From Callorhinchus milii (Eukaryota): a stretch of DNA of 64,000 nucleotides. A program made the position numbers and the translations under genes. The notes under the pieces were generated by a model. That model made no database searches and was not told the origin of the DNA. It worked only from the letters and a program-made list of their open reading frames with translations. Positions 23,928-37,540 of the stretch are shown in pieces; the stretch's first letter is position 1; every line of letters starts with the position of its first letter. The stretch spans positions 112,594,001 through 112,658,000 of the forward strand of contig NW_024704742.1 of assembly GCF_018977255.1 (NCBI RefSeq). The letters run 5' to 3'.

Positions 23928-25285
23928 AACAACAACAACAAAAAGATTCCATTTATAGAGCGCCTTTCACATCGGGAGGACGTCCCAAGGCGCTGGACAG
24001 TTGGGTCAGGACCCGAGCAGGGGGGAAATGGTCAGGGTTAGGGGAGGGAAGGGAGGGAGCGAGGAGGGGGTAGAGAGGCGAGAGTGGAGCTGAAGGCACG
24101 GTCAAAGAGAAAGGTCTTGAGATCGGCCTTGAAGGAGGAAAGGGAGGAGGCGGCGAAGGCACTGGGGGATAGAGTTCCAGAGCCTCGGGGCTGAGAGGCT
24201 GAAGGCCCGGCCACCGATGGTAGGGCGGTTAGGGCGGGGGATGTGGAGCAGACCGGAGCCAGAGGAACGGAGGGTACGGGCAGGTAAGTAGGGGAATAGT
24301 AGGTCAGAGAGGCAGGAGGGAGCAAGGCCGTGAATGGCCTTGTAGGTGAGGATGAGGATCTTGAATTCGATCCTCTGGGGGATGGGGAGCCAGTGGAGGC
24401 GAGCGAGGGTGGGAGTGATGTGGTCGCGAAGCCTGGTGCGGGACAGTACACGGAGCTGCAGAGTTCTGAATGACCTGCAGCTTGTGGAGGGAGGTGCCGG
24501 GAAGGCCGACGAGGGGAGAGTTCCCATAGTCCAGCCTTGAGGTGATGAAGGCGTGGACCAGGGTTTCAGCAGCGTGAGGGGTGAGGTAGTGCCGTAGTCT
24601 GGCGACATTCCGGAGGTGATGGAAGGCGGTGCCAGTTGTGGTGCGGATATGAGGGAGAAAGGACAGCTCAGGGTCGAACAAAACGCCGAGGTTCCTGATT
24701 GGCTTTGGGAGGTGGAGAGTGCAGCCTTGGATGCTGATGGTGTCGGCGCCTGAGGTGCGGAGGCACTGACGAGAGCCAATCAGGAGGGCCTCAGTTTTAC
24801 GCACGTTGAGCTGAAGAAAGTTGTCTCTTGTCCAGGACTCGATGTCGGACAGGCAGCTGTCAGGACATCGGTGGTCGTGGAGTTGAGGGTAGAGGAGGAA
24901 ATGTAGAGTTGGGTGTTATCCGCATACATGTGGATGTTAACCCCATGTCTGCGGATGATGTCACCAAGGGGGAGCATATAGAGGGTGAAGAGGGGACCGA
25001 GGACAGAGCCCTGAGCGACACCACACGAGACAGTGCGGGGGTTGGAGGAAAAGCCATTCGTGGAAACAAAGTGAAGACGGTGGGAGAGGTACGACCTGAA
25101 CCACTCAAGGACAGGGCCTTGAAGGTTGAGGTGGGAGGACAAGCGGTGGAGGAGGATAGCGTGGTCGACCGTATCGAATGCTGCCGATAGGTCGAGGAGG
25201 ACGAGGAGGCAGAGGGAGCCCTGGTCACAGATGGTCAGGATGTCATTGGTGACCTTGACCAGGGCAGTTTCTGTGCTATGGGCAG
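23928..25285 (-). mobile_element. 5'-truncated L2 family A (RT to 3' end), frameshifted
   Basis: [30 protein letters not shown] and GGRAFS peptides spread over several frames; (TTG)n tail. Confidence 0.95.
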
Positions 25286-26664
25286 TGAATTAAGGAAATA
25301 GACTCAGATGTGGTTCTGCCCTTCAACTGACCTGCCAGTGCTCGATTTTCCAGTGTGATACAGACAGCCTCCATTAGTCTTTAATATTTTATTTGCTTTT
25401 CTCAGTCAGTGCCAAGTTTTTCATATGCTTTTTGATACAAGCCCAGCACTGCTAAGCCACTGAATAAGAGCATCGGTACATTTCTGATCCTTTGATACAA
25501 AAACCACTGCCAACACTGTAATACAGAAAGAATGATTGCAAATGCAAACCAAAACATGCAGTTTAAGATTCTTATAACTTATTATTGGAAAAAAATTATT
25601 CGTATCCTACACCTAAAATGGGCACGGCAAAAAAAAAGGTGAAATGAAATGGCAAAGGGAGCTATTAATGGTAATTACATTAATTATAGTTAACAAGGAC
25701 ATTAAAAGTAATACATTAATTAATACTAAAGAGAGCTTCCATTGATGGCCTAAGAAATAATGCGAGCATCCCAATTAAGCTGCAGATAATAAAGCACTAA
25801 ATTACTTTACATTGAAAATATGTGTTAGCATCCAAAATGAATTAATTTGATCCCAGAAGGCACAGTATTACTGTCACTTTGCTGATAAGGTAAATTACTA
25901 GAGATATATTGAAAGTGAATTAGGTAGCGGAAGAAACGTGAGAACGCACTGAATGTAGGAAATGGAATGAAATTCAGCCAAAGATGACGAGGGTTCATCA
26001 TGATTATGTCAATTAATCTTAAATATCTAAACAAATCATTACTTATTAAAACAAATATTGAAATTCTACATCCAATTTTTTTAAAAGTAGGCATACTGTA
26101 TTTAACAAAACATTGTGCCTCTGATCGATTAAAAAAGAATGAAATGCAACTGTTTAATATCAGTTTTTTTCACTTTAAGTTTTTCATTAGTAGAACAATT
26201 TGCAAATTAACTTTAAGATAATCTCTTACCTTAGAATACAGTGGCACCAAACTGATCATTAACATGTTTTATACTACAATATTATCTCCCCCTCACCTGG
26301 TTCAATTCAAAATCTATATCACAAACATAAAAAAGACTGACTAGTAAAACTCTAGCTAAATTTAATGGTTCAAATTGGAACCAGTTCAGGAAGAAACCAG
26401 ATCAGCAAGTTAGGTTCTTTTCAAAAACTATATTTTTGTTAAAAAGAAAGTTTTTGGTCAATAGTTGAGAATAAGAATTCCCAAACTGGTCCATTCAGGT
26501 GCAGCTGGAAGGTATCTGAGTGGAGCCTCTGTTAGACTCCTGTAAAGGTCTGATGAAGTTAATTCAAACCAAATTTATATTAGTTACTTCTAACTGATTA
26601 ACATTACTTTGAAACTTCTGAAATTATTAACATTGGAGTAATAAAATAATCCTTGCATTTGCAC

Positions 26665-27085
26665 TTTGCCTGGTGCAGTGATAGCAATAGCGTCTCTGAT
26701 TCAGGAGGTTTTGGTTCAAGCCCCACATCGGGAATTGGAATCGTATAATCTAAAGTGACACTCCAATGCATTTCTGGGAGTGCCGTCCTTCTGATGAGAT
26801 GTTAATCCCCGGTCCCATCTGCCTGTTCTGGTGGACATTAAAGGTTCTATGGCACTATTCGAAAAGAGAAGGAAGTATCTTCCAGTGTCCTGGCCAACAA
26901 TCCCCAAGTATAATTGGTCACTCGCTCCATGGCTGTTTGTGGGACATTGCTGTGCACAAACTGGCTGCCACATTTTGCCCACAAAATGCTCAGTCAATCC
27001 AATTTACAGTATATCGTGTGAAGCGCTGTGAGACGTCTCGATGATGTGATAAGACGCCATACCAAATGCAAGGATTATTATCATT
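26665..27085 (+). mobile_element. Deu-domain SINE
   Basis: Head with GGTTCAAGCCCC, Deu core GGGAGTGCCGTCCTTCTGATGAGATG..., L2-type tail. Confidence 0.88.
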
Positions 27086-27456
27086 ATAACCTTATCATAT
27101 CAAAACATTTTAAAGCACTTTTCCCTAAAGTGTAATTTGATAGCCTGCATAGCATAGCAGCATAGCAGCGTCCCACAAAAGCCATGAAAGGAATTACCAA
27201 TTTATTTTCTCCCTGATGGATTGTTGGCGAGGACACCAGGAGAAACTTCCTTCTCTTTTTAAATAGTGCTGTGAGATCTTTAACATCCCCTAGACAGGCA
27301 GATGGATGGAGCCCGTGGTTTAACATCTCATCTAAAACATGTCACTTTCCAACAACGCAGCATTCCTCCAAGCACTGGATTAGAATGTCAAATTGGGCTA
27401 TAATCTCAAAGGCCTTCAAAGGCGTGATTCAGAGGCAATCAACTGAGCCTAGCTGA
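27085..27456 (-). mobile_element. Deu-domain SINE, tail-to-tail with the previous copy
   Basis: Reverse-strand Deu core and tail. Confidence 0.75.
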
Positions 27457-28402
27457 AATATATATATATATTGGAAGTTACCAATGTGTTTTGTACTTGG
27501 AGAACCCCCCAGTGTAAGTTCTAATATGGTGTGTCAGCAGATTGAAAGTTAAGCATTTGTACAAAATTTGTTTGTCAATCCTCTATTCTCAGATGTTTGC
27601 TTGAGATATTTGAAGACCCAGTTTCACTTTATGGATTTAATTATTGATTCTGCCTCTCTTTCTATTTGCTTCTAGGCTGTAAGATCATCCACCCGTAGCA
27701 ATTGTAATAACAATTTATTTTCTCTTTAAATTATAAAATGCCCCCAGCAAACATATTTTGTATGTGAATAAATGTGAATGAGGATTTTTTAAAAAAAAAT
27801 TCAATAAAAATGCAATAATAATAAAATTAAAGCATTGTTTATTTATATTACATGCCTAAAAAGTTATTCAGGAAATACAGTTCTAGTTCAAATGATGTAC
27901 AGATGGGCATTGAATGGAACACACATAAATAAAGTTAAACCAATAATCCTTAACAAAATAACAATCTGAGATAGTGGTGAATTTGATGCATACTAAATTG
28001 AGGAAGTACATTCCATGGATATTAAGAGGTATTATAGGGGGAAATAATATTAAAATAAATGCTAAACAAGTCTTATGGAAATTTATATTTCAGATCACTT
28101 TGGTGTGTCTACAGGATGTGCTGACCAAAGTAAACAATAATAGAGCTTGAGAAAGCGAATATCTTCTTCACATTCTGTGTCCGTAGTATCAAGTATGTAT
28201 ATATTTCCCACCATCCACAAGCATTATGGAAAAACACAGGGTTTGTTTCTCTGCTGATTGTTTTTTTGTTAAAACGGTTCTCATAGAAATTAATTATTTT
28301 CAGTTACTTATTGGAATCTGCTTAATCCACCAGTTATAAAAGCAAATAATGTTTTAATTCTGCATCCATTTTCAGTCCCTGCCTTTTAAGTAGGCACCAC
28401 TG

Positions 28403-28662
28403 CGAGAGAGAGCAAGTGAGAGATTTAGAGAGATACAAAGAGAGAGAACGAGAGAGAGAGAGAGAGACACTGAGAGAGGGAGAGAAATAGAGACAGAGAC
28501 ACAGAGAGAAATAGAGACTGAGAGAGTCAGGGAGAGACAGAGTCAGAGAGAATGACAGACAGAGAATCAGAGAGAGAGTGAGAGAGAGACAGAGACTGAG
28601 AGATAGTGACAGACAGAGTGACTGAGAGGGAGAGAGGGTGAGATAAACTGAGAGAGAGAGAC
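28403..28662. repeat. Degenerate (GA)n/(GACA)n microsatellite
   Basis: Purine-rich low-complexity tract seen directly. Confidence 0.95.
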
Positions 28663-28784
28663 AATGATATGGCTGTTTAAAATGAATGCCCATCCTTTTT
28701 ATGTGCAAAGAGCATAAATGTCCAAGCAAACATTAGTATACAGCAGAATGTGGTAGGATATAAATATGCACTATTGATTCCCCT

Positions 28785-29080
28785 CAAATGGAGGTCTTGA
28801 TCTCAACAAGGCTATGGGGGTTGTAACAAATGGAGATGACAAGTGACAAGAACATAGGGAGTGAGCGAGTCGGTAAACAAATGGTATACATTTAAAAGAA
28901 TTAAAAGCAGGTTAGAAAACATTTCTTTGTACAGTGGGTGGTGGAATGCTTTGATAAACTGGTTTCTTTATCAGAGACTATCAATTCCTTTAAAAGGAAA
29001 TTAGATAGATACTTCAAAAAGAGGAATATGAAAAGGTATGAGTGGGAGAGTGAAATTAGATTCCATGGTTCATGTAGAGA
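28785..29080 (+). mobile_element. Old CR1 3' fragment
   Basis: SETINSFKRKLDRYF peptide typical of the CR1 ORF2 end. Confidence 0.65.
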
Positions 29081-32000
29081 AAAGTACCACTTCAGGCTGG
29101 ATGTCCTATTTCGGCAAGTCAGAACTGATGTCAATTTGGGACAGCCTTTCACACTTCCTAGTAACCAGTTACACTAATACTGGCCAGCTATTGGACTGCC
29201 CATTCATCCTGTGAGTTAGGAATGATGCATAACAAGAAGTATGAAGTTCAAAAACCAGAGGATAGAATCATAGAATTTATAGTGCAGAAGGAGGCCATTC
29301 AGCCCATCAAATCTGCACTGGCTCTCAGAGCAAGCTATCTTTTCAATCCTACTGCCCTACCCCGAACTCCTTTAAGCCTCTAACTTTCATTTTCCCTTCT
29401 ACTTCCCTCTTGAATTGTACAATTAATTCTGCCTCTACCACCTAACTTAGCAGGACATTCCACTATTCTATTTTTTCATGTGAAAAGCTTTCCTTTCACT
29501 CTTCTTGAGGCTATTTTAGATCTATATCCCCTAGTCACAAGTCGCTGAAGTAAGAGCTTATTTTATATTTTGAAAACTGGTATATTTTCGTTTTCTGGAT
29601 AATTGGCGAGCATTAATGATGGCTTATCACATGGTCTTTTAATTGTGGATATAAGAGTGCCAGTTAAAATTTGTTAAGGCAGCAGTCTAGCACTGTTTTA
29701 ACCAGAGACAAACCTGTCCAACAACTGAATGTCAGAGGCAGCACAGCCTTTGCTGGCTGCTTTGTGGAAACTGAACTGTCACTGGATTATCTTGCATAAA
29801 AATACAATATATAATACAAAAAAACAATACAAATCATATATCACCCTTCACCATTGGTGGGCGGTCTTTCAGCCTTTCTGCCCACTCTCTGGAACTCTAT
29901 CCCAGAGTCACTCTGATTCACTCTTTCCAAGATCCATCTCAAAACCTATATCTTTGACTGTGCCTTCTGTCATCTTTCCCCTCCAACCCTCCCCCCCACC
30001 CCTGGCTTAGGTGCCAAGCCAGTATTGTTAAGCACTTTGGGCTGTCCTTCTGATGTGAAAGGTGCTATATAAATTTATATTGTATTGGATTGTAAATGTA
30101 CATTTACATTGTGTATTTCATGTCAGGAGGACATCCAAAGCACTTAACAATATTGGCTGGCATGCAAGCTGAGGTTGGGAGCTGGTGGAGGGAAGGGAAG
30201 GTGACTATAAGCACGGTCAAACCGACATGTCTTGAAACTGAGCTACTTTGCTTACGCGGTAATGGTCATTGATAAGATTAAACAACAAAAATGCCCAGCT
30301 TAAAATATTGTAATCATAAACTTGTTTAATTATCAGAAGAGATGAGTGTAATAAATAAAACAGGCAATGCAGGGTAGTGAAATATGATTTTAATTTCCAC
30401 TCAAGAGACAGACTGGAACTCATTTGTAATTTTGTGGCTGGTGAGTTATCAAACTGCCTAAATCTTGGAAATAAAAACATAGTTCACCGCTTTTTATTGC
30501 ATATTCTTCATATAACAGTAACATGGAATGTGAGTAGCATTATTTCTCTGTCCACTCAAGGCACCATCTAATTTCCTTTGTCACTTTAAAGTATTGTATA
30601 TTAAACACAGGCTCAGCAGTCCTCCATTAAGCATCGAGGACTGTTACTTAGAGATAAGAGAATCATTATTAGTCGTAGCATTTGGGAAATGCTCCTGCAG
30701 AAAATAATCCGTTGGGATATTAAACATCAGTGTTTTATGTTGTTAAAAGGCAAAAGATTTAAGACGGGTTTTGCTTGTGAAGAAGAAGATATTGAGAAAG
30801 CTCCCCACAAGGCAGAACAAAAGCTGTAACAAAAAGGGATTCAACAAGTCAGACAGATCCACTTCAGCCAAGTGCAAGCGTCTTTAATATCCAGTGACTG
30901 AAGGATGGAAAGCATCAATGAAAATAATGATAGGTGCCAAACCCTGGTATTACATTTGGATAAAGTCCAACATTCTTTATCTGTCCAGAGGGGATGACAT
31001 TAAAATAAACCTTTCATCCAAATCTCTTTTGTGATCTTGTTTGACCAGAATCAATAGTCTGATGACTAGTGTGCTTCCAAGATAAAAAGGTGATTTTACA
31101 GAGTTGAAAACTCAGAATACTTAAAAGCTAATGCTGAGTACTTTGCTCTATCTAGCCCAAGTTGCAAGTTATCGAGGTTAATGAAAGATCTTCATTTATA
31201 TGATAACGATTATTAAAGCTTTGAAATGAGCCATTATTAGCAGCAAGAGCAGTGCCGATAAAACACATGTTACATTTTCTTAAAATGCACTCCGCTCTAT
31301 AGCTAAAACAGATACAAGAGGTGAAGCCCTGGATTCTAATTCAATAGATGCCTGCTTCATTTATATGAGATTTGTTCAATTTGTGTCCTTCTCTAGAGTC
31401 TTTGCCATTGATTTTCAGTTGTTAAACCTTCCTGAAAGGCAGAGGTTTTTTGCTGAATGGCAAAAGGTTAACTTCTTTGGGTTCATTGCTAGCTTTAATG
31501 GGGCCTAATTTGCAGTATTTCTTAATGGTATTCCTTAATAAGGACTTGGAGGGATTTCTTGCAGTAATTGGAAGCACTTCATGCTAACCCACAGGAACTC
31601 TGCACTGATGCAGTCTATTCTCAGAGCAGAGTTTCCGATGCTCAATCATATTTCTAATGGGATTTGCTATTAAGGTATTTTAGCACCTTTCCACCCAATA
31701 TCTGTGAGCTGGTATTTCACCCTAACCCAGTAAGAATAACTTGACTGTCTTAAAACATGTGCTTTTTTTAGCTAGAAAATCCCAAGAAAGCTGGCTAATA
31801 AATGGTCAAAAAACCCGCTTGAGAGCTGTCTGAGAGCAGGATTGGGTTGAAACAATGAACTTTCAACTCTTGGACCTGAGGATGAATCTAGCCAGACTGA
31901 TAGGGTGGAAGTTTTCTGGAAACGGTTTCTGTGCACACTACGATGCAGGTGTAATAAGGTAAGCTCAGGGAAGGTAGAAGCCTCCCATGGAGCAGACAGG

Positions 32001-32971
32001 CAAAAGATCAATTGATCTTGCTATTCAATATGAATACGGTCCATAAATGCTGGCCTTCACAAACCTCAGGCTTTTCAGTTTTAAGCAGGAAGCGTCAGAA
32101 AAGTGTCAAGCCTACATTGTAGGAATGCAGCTTTGATCCATAGTAGTAGAATGGCAAACTAATGAAATTTTACATAAGAGAAGTGTTACAATCTGAACCA
32201 TACTATTAAGTCCATTGACATATATGATTTCCACCTCTTATTCCCCTGACTGAGATCAACTAATTACCATTGACCAACCGTTGAACAAGGTCCTTTCATG
32301 CTCTATAGGATTAAATACCAACAGGGGGCTGTGTGATCTTGCATGACTTTTAAATCATTAAAAGGATTTTTTAGTATATGAATACTGTACTAAAACAAAT
32401 GTGAATAAATAGAATAGAATAAATGTGAGTCCTCATCACATCACCAAATACACATTACACAACCCTTGGTATCTGGATACAGTGCATGGCAACAGTGGCC
32501 TATTACATTTTTCAGGTAACAAGAACTCACTTTGGAAACTATCACTTTGCCCATTATTATCCTGCATTAATACTTTTATCCTTTATCTCAATTGTGACTG
32601 ACAATTTTGTGGAATAATTATTAGTTGAGACAACGTTCTGGACAGTTTCTGATACTCTGGAGATAAAACAGCAGACAGAATTAATTTGGATCATTGAGGG
32701 TTTTTGAATGGAGAAAATGTGTGAGTGAGAGAGAAAGCTTGAGTAACGAGAGGTCAAAGAGAGGGAACCAACACAGAGAGTTTGAAGTAAATAAACTAAT
32801 AAGACAAAGAAAACTACATGGCAGGAAATAACAAAGATTGAGATCTTTGATAGGAAACATAGGAAATCTTCATGAAAAACTCTGTGGGGTATGAAGAAAA
32901 GGCAGGTAAATGGGATTGATTAGATTGCTCTGTCAACAAGACAACACAAACATACTGGGCCTTTTTCTATA

Positions 32972-33287
32972 ATATTAATAATAATCCTTGCATTTGATAT
33001 AGCGCTTTTTACGTCTTCTAGATATCGCAAAGAGCTACGCAGAATATACTGTAAAGTGAATTGAGTGTATATTTGTGGGCGAAACATGGCAGCCAATTGC
33101 GCACAGCAGTGTCGTAGAAACAGTCAAGGATTGAAGTGACCAATTTTATTATTGTTTTTTTGCTTCAGGGATTATTATCAGGTGTGTGGAGTGAGGAAAC
33201 TTGCCCTAGGTTTCACCTTTCCGGGAATCGAACCCAGGGGTCTTGCTTGCAAGGTGAGTGCTCTAACCATTGAGCTACAGGAATCCA
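32972..33287 (-). mobile_element. tRNA-Ala/CORE SINE, short-core, intermediate subfamily
   Basis: Full head and shortened core; tail loop TAGAA. Confidence 0.9.
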
Positions 33288-33752
33288 CAATAAATTGCAA
33301 TGGTTGTATGTTTATATTCTTTTCAATTGTGTAAAGATATAAGATGGCATGACATATATCACACCAAAACACATTACTTGTATGGAATATTTGCTACACA
33401 TGGCTCTTCTAGATATTTCTTCCTCCTTACACAAATAAAAATAGTTTTTCAAGAACAACTTGCATTGATATAGTGCCCTTCATGCAGGGTAGCATCTTGG
33501 AGCATTTAACAATGGTGGAGCCTGACTCCGAGCCATGGAGCCTGGCAAAGACTGCTGTGATGGGCTTATGGAGTTTGCAAGTGAACATATGATCAGCTTT
33601 GTATTAATTGGATTTTGTGGATAGTGGAGCTGGGGAGACTGTCGAGTAGGGTATCAGAATAATGAAGATGGGATGTGAATAATTAGAACTATTAGAATAA
33701 TTGGGTACAGATGTGAACTTCAGATTTCAACTCACAGTCTAAATTGTAGTAT

Positions 33753-34245
33753 AACAACAACAACTTGCACTTATATAGCGCCTTCCACGCAGCATCTCAG
33801 AGCACTTAATGCTTAATGCTTAATAGTGATGGAGCCTGACTCCGAGCCGGGAGGGGGGAAGGTGGCCTTAAGCAAGGTCAAAGAGGAAGGTTTTTAGGCA
33901 GGACTTGGATAAAAAAGGGGAGAGAATGGACAAGGCAGAGGGATTGAGGGACAGTGTTCCAGAGTTTTGGAGCGTAGTGGCTGAGAGTGCAACCTCCAAT
34001 GGTGGGGCTGAGGGTGCGAGGGATGAGAAGGTGGCCAGTGCCATTTGAGTGGAGGCGCTGGGTGGTGGATTAGGGAGTGAGGAGGTCGGAGAGGTAGGGA
34101 GGTGTCAGAGTGTGAAGGAATTTCAACACGAGTGTGTTGATTTTGAAGTCGATTTGTTCGGTGATGGGGAGCTTGTGGAGCTTGGCCAGAACTGGTGAGA
34201 TGTGGGTACGGTGTTTTGTCTGGGTCAGTATGTGGCCGGCAGAGT
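33753..34245 (-). mobile_element. L2 family C 3' fragment
   Basis: HILTQTKHRTHISPVLAKLH...DFKI peptide plus tail. Confidence 0.88.
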
Positions 34246-34519
34246 ATGTGATATTAACACCAGTGAAAATATAGTCTTGGGGAAGGAAGGGGAAAGTGAG
34301 TTCTCTCTTGATGCTGGTGATAACTGTGGATTTTCTTTCTAACTTAGTGCATCCAATTAATTTCCTCCCCCATGGCATGTGCCTCTGCACCTGGGGATAA
34401 TACATCATTCTCTTGCTGGGGAGCAGTCTCATATTGCCCTTTATATAGCTCCCACCCCTTCATGACCAATACCCATGTCTGAACCTTGGCAACATGTTGA
34501 GCCTACTCAACGTTATAGA

Positions 34520-34750
34520 GTGTCACAGCCAGCCTGGCTTCTCCCCATCTGACTGCCGCACATGCACACTAGCAATTGCAGGTGCTGAAGAGGGATCAGG
34601 GCCAGTAAACCTAACTAATTTTAACCTTCTTAACTCAGGGTCAGGTTAGCTTCCTCTTGCAGCTCTAGCTAAGAGCAGCAAACTTGCAAGTAGCATGGAC
34701 TGTGAATCAAACCAGTGCGTTCCCAGTCTGTAACTCACAGCTCTATCCAC
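34520..34750 (-). mobile_element. LF-SINE-like relic
   Basis: Collinear degenerate match to the reverse complement of the recalled LF-SINE consensus (TCACAGCC.AGCCTG...ACATGCACACT...GATCAGG...CCT.ACT.ATTTT). Confidence 0.55.
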
Positions 34751-35134
34751 TTCAAGGCTGAACACCCCAAAGGATTTTTTTTGGCCGCATTTTTGATCGA
34801 TGTGATAATTATCACTGCTGATAATATAACGTGCCTCAGTTTTGACCCCTCATTTTCAAATACTTTCTTACCCTTGTAACGTTGTACATTATTAATAAAT
34901 TCACTTTATTTGCCTGCTTGAACTAATAGAGCTAGACTGATATAATCCCTTTCTCAAAATGGAAAATAATAATTACAGTAAACTTCTGAAATCCACTACC
35001 CTTAGTAACAAATGATCCTTGCTTACTTCTGAAACTTGCTTGTAATCATGGCTGCTTTGTTGACAGGTATATTTTCATTTTTCTTATTCTGTTGTTTTTT
35101 TTCAGTTCGTTTCTATTCATTTCACCAGTCTCCT

Positions 35135-35510
35135 ATAATCCTTGCATTTGATATTGTGCCTTTTATGTCGGAAGTATGTCTCAAAGTGCTTCACAGGATT
35201 TACTATAAAGTCTAGTGGCTGTGTATTTTGAATGACTAATTTTATTTGGAGCTTTATTGGCCAGTACACTGGGACAAACTCCTTTTTTTTCCGACTAGCA
35301 CCATGTGATCTTTAATGTCCATCTGAACAGGCAGAACTAGGTTTAACATCTCATCCGAAGGTTGACACCTCCAACAATGCAGTGTAACTCAACCACTGTA
35401 ATAGAGTGAGTGTCAGCCTAGACAATATTGAGTTCAGAGTCTCTACATGGGGCTTGAACCCACAATCTTCTGACTTGGAGGTGAGTGTGCTACCAACTAT
35501 GTCAGCCTGA
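35135..35510 (-). mobile_element. Deu-domain SINE
   Basis: Head, core and tail recognisable. Confidence 0.82.
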
Positions 35511-35786
35511 AACTCTTACTCTTAACTTATATTACCTAAGCAATTACTCTTCAAAACTTTCATAACTTTGTGTGAAGCTGAACATTGAGTATCTTCAAAG
35601 TAATCAACCATTTGAGGTGGCAACAGTGGTGGAACGGATGGATAGGGTGGGATGGGGTGAGGGTGGTGAAGGAGAGGCATCATATTGCCTTGGGACGTCC
35701 TCCCGACATGAAAGGGGCTATACAAATGTAATTTTCTTGTTGTTGTTCCCTGTTTTCATGATAGAATACCTTATCTTGACAAGTCG

Positions 35787-36104
35787 TGGAGTCCTGTAGC
35801 TCAGTGGTTAGAGCACTTGCTTTGCAAGCGAGAGACCTGAGTTCAATTCCAGGCAGGGCGAAACCTTGGGCAAGTTTCCTTACTCCACACGCCTAATAAT
35901 AATCCCTCCAAAGAAAAAAACAATAATAAATTGGTCATTTTCAATCTACGACTGTTTGTGGGACATTGCTGTGCGCAATTGGCTGCCGCGTTCGCCCACA
36001 AAAATATACAGTCAATTCACTTTACAGTGTGTTCTGTGAAGCGCTTTGGGACGTCCTCCGACGTGAAAAGCGCTATATCAAATGCAAGGATTATTATTAT
36101 TATT
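35787..36104 (+). mobile_element. Young short-core tRNA-Ala SINE with TSD
   Basis: Full length; AAGTCG duplicated at 35781-35786 and 36105-36110. Confidence 0.95.
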
Positions 36105-37302
36105 AAGTCGCTTTGCTCTCCAGACAGATAAACTTGCAAAACTCCACCGAAGAGCTTGGTTTTGTAATGGGAGAACAGTAGTGTGTGCATTCTGAAATGA
36201 TAAGATCAAATGAGCCAAAGGGCCTTCTTCATCTAAACTGATCTTGTGAATGCTCAGCATATGAATTTTCAAACTCTCAGCAGGCTTATTGATGCTTATC
36301 TGTGACTAGTGTGTGTGTTTTTAATGAATTGCATGAGACACATTACATAGGAGTTATGATCTTCACAGCATATGTTTAAAATAAGAAAAATAATCACTGA
36401 GATGAGTAAGGTCTTCAGTTTCACATATGTGTGGGTGGTCAATAACAATCTGAAACTGATAGTCAAATTTAAGGATAACTGCGAGGAAATTAAGTATCAA
36501 TGTTGAGTAAAATAAACAAGGAAATAAATAATTAAATAAATAAATTAAAGAAATAAATATTGGATGATTTTCTGGCATGTGAGAGGAACCTGACCTTTTT
36601 ACGCTCTCACAAGTGAGGCACCTGACAAAACAGTTTGGGAATTGCCTGGGAATGAAAGAAATGCACTCACTACTGTTTAGAAAGCGCTTGCTATTTTTCC
36701 TGCAGAAAGTTGTTCGAGACTGAAATGTTTCAGACAGGCTCAGGCTGTAAGAAGAAGACATGCCTTTAAACTCAGCTCTGATATTATGTACTCCATTCCT
36801 GTAAGGAACTGTCAATTTCACTATTCTGTGATTTTGTGCTGGAAAAACAGTTAAGGTAAAAAGAATGCATATATTTCACAGAACAGTAATCAACTCTTAC
36901 AACACTTGCTGTTGACACCATGAGAGAAAATCATGCATTTTGCAAGTGTGTTGTTCTTTTATCAAACAATTAATAATCTGATGGTGGATTTCCTGTATTA
37001 CAATACTGCTTTAGACAGATAAAATCAGCTCCTTGCTTAGATTAGTTTAACAATTCTGCAATGTGTATACCAAATGCAATTTATATTGTTTAAACTAAGA
37101 AAAAAAGATTGACTTGATTATCTCCCAGAAACATTTCAAATAAGCCTAAGTGTAAGAAATATAGACAATTATGAAGCAGGAATGATAGTTGCAGGAAGAC
37201 AAATATTAACTTAAGACAGGTGATTTGTGGATCCATGTTCTGTAATGGTTGCCTTTATTTGCAGTGATTTTCCCATTTTGAAACCAAGGTTGCCCCTTGG
37301 CC

Positions 37303-37540
37303 AAAAGGCAAAATACTGCAGATGCTAGAGATCTGAAACAAAAACAGAAGTCGCTGGGAACACTCAGCGAGTCAAGTGGCATCTATGGAAGAGAGGAAGG
37401 TGAATTAACGTTTCATATTGATGAGCTTTCGTCAGAATGAAAGGTCCCGATGAAAAGTTATTGACCTGAAATATCAACTCACTTTCCTCTCTCCATGCAT
37501 GCTGCTTGACCTGCTGAGTGTTCCCAACAACTTCTGTTTT
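37303..37540. mobile_element. Palindromic Penelope-type insert with degenerate hammerhead cores
   Basis: ~100-bp inverted arms. CTGACGA...GAAACGTT on the minus strand. Flanks TGCCCCTTGGCC / TGCCCTTGGCC. Confidence 0.78.

Noticed and set aside
28334..28729. 131-aa Leu/Ser-rich ORF
   Set aside because: Translation of the (GA)n microsatellite.
36363..36821. 152-aa ORF in unique DNA
   Set aside because: Non-ATG start, no recognisable domain and no supporting exon structure.
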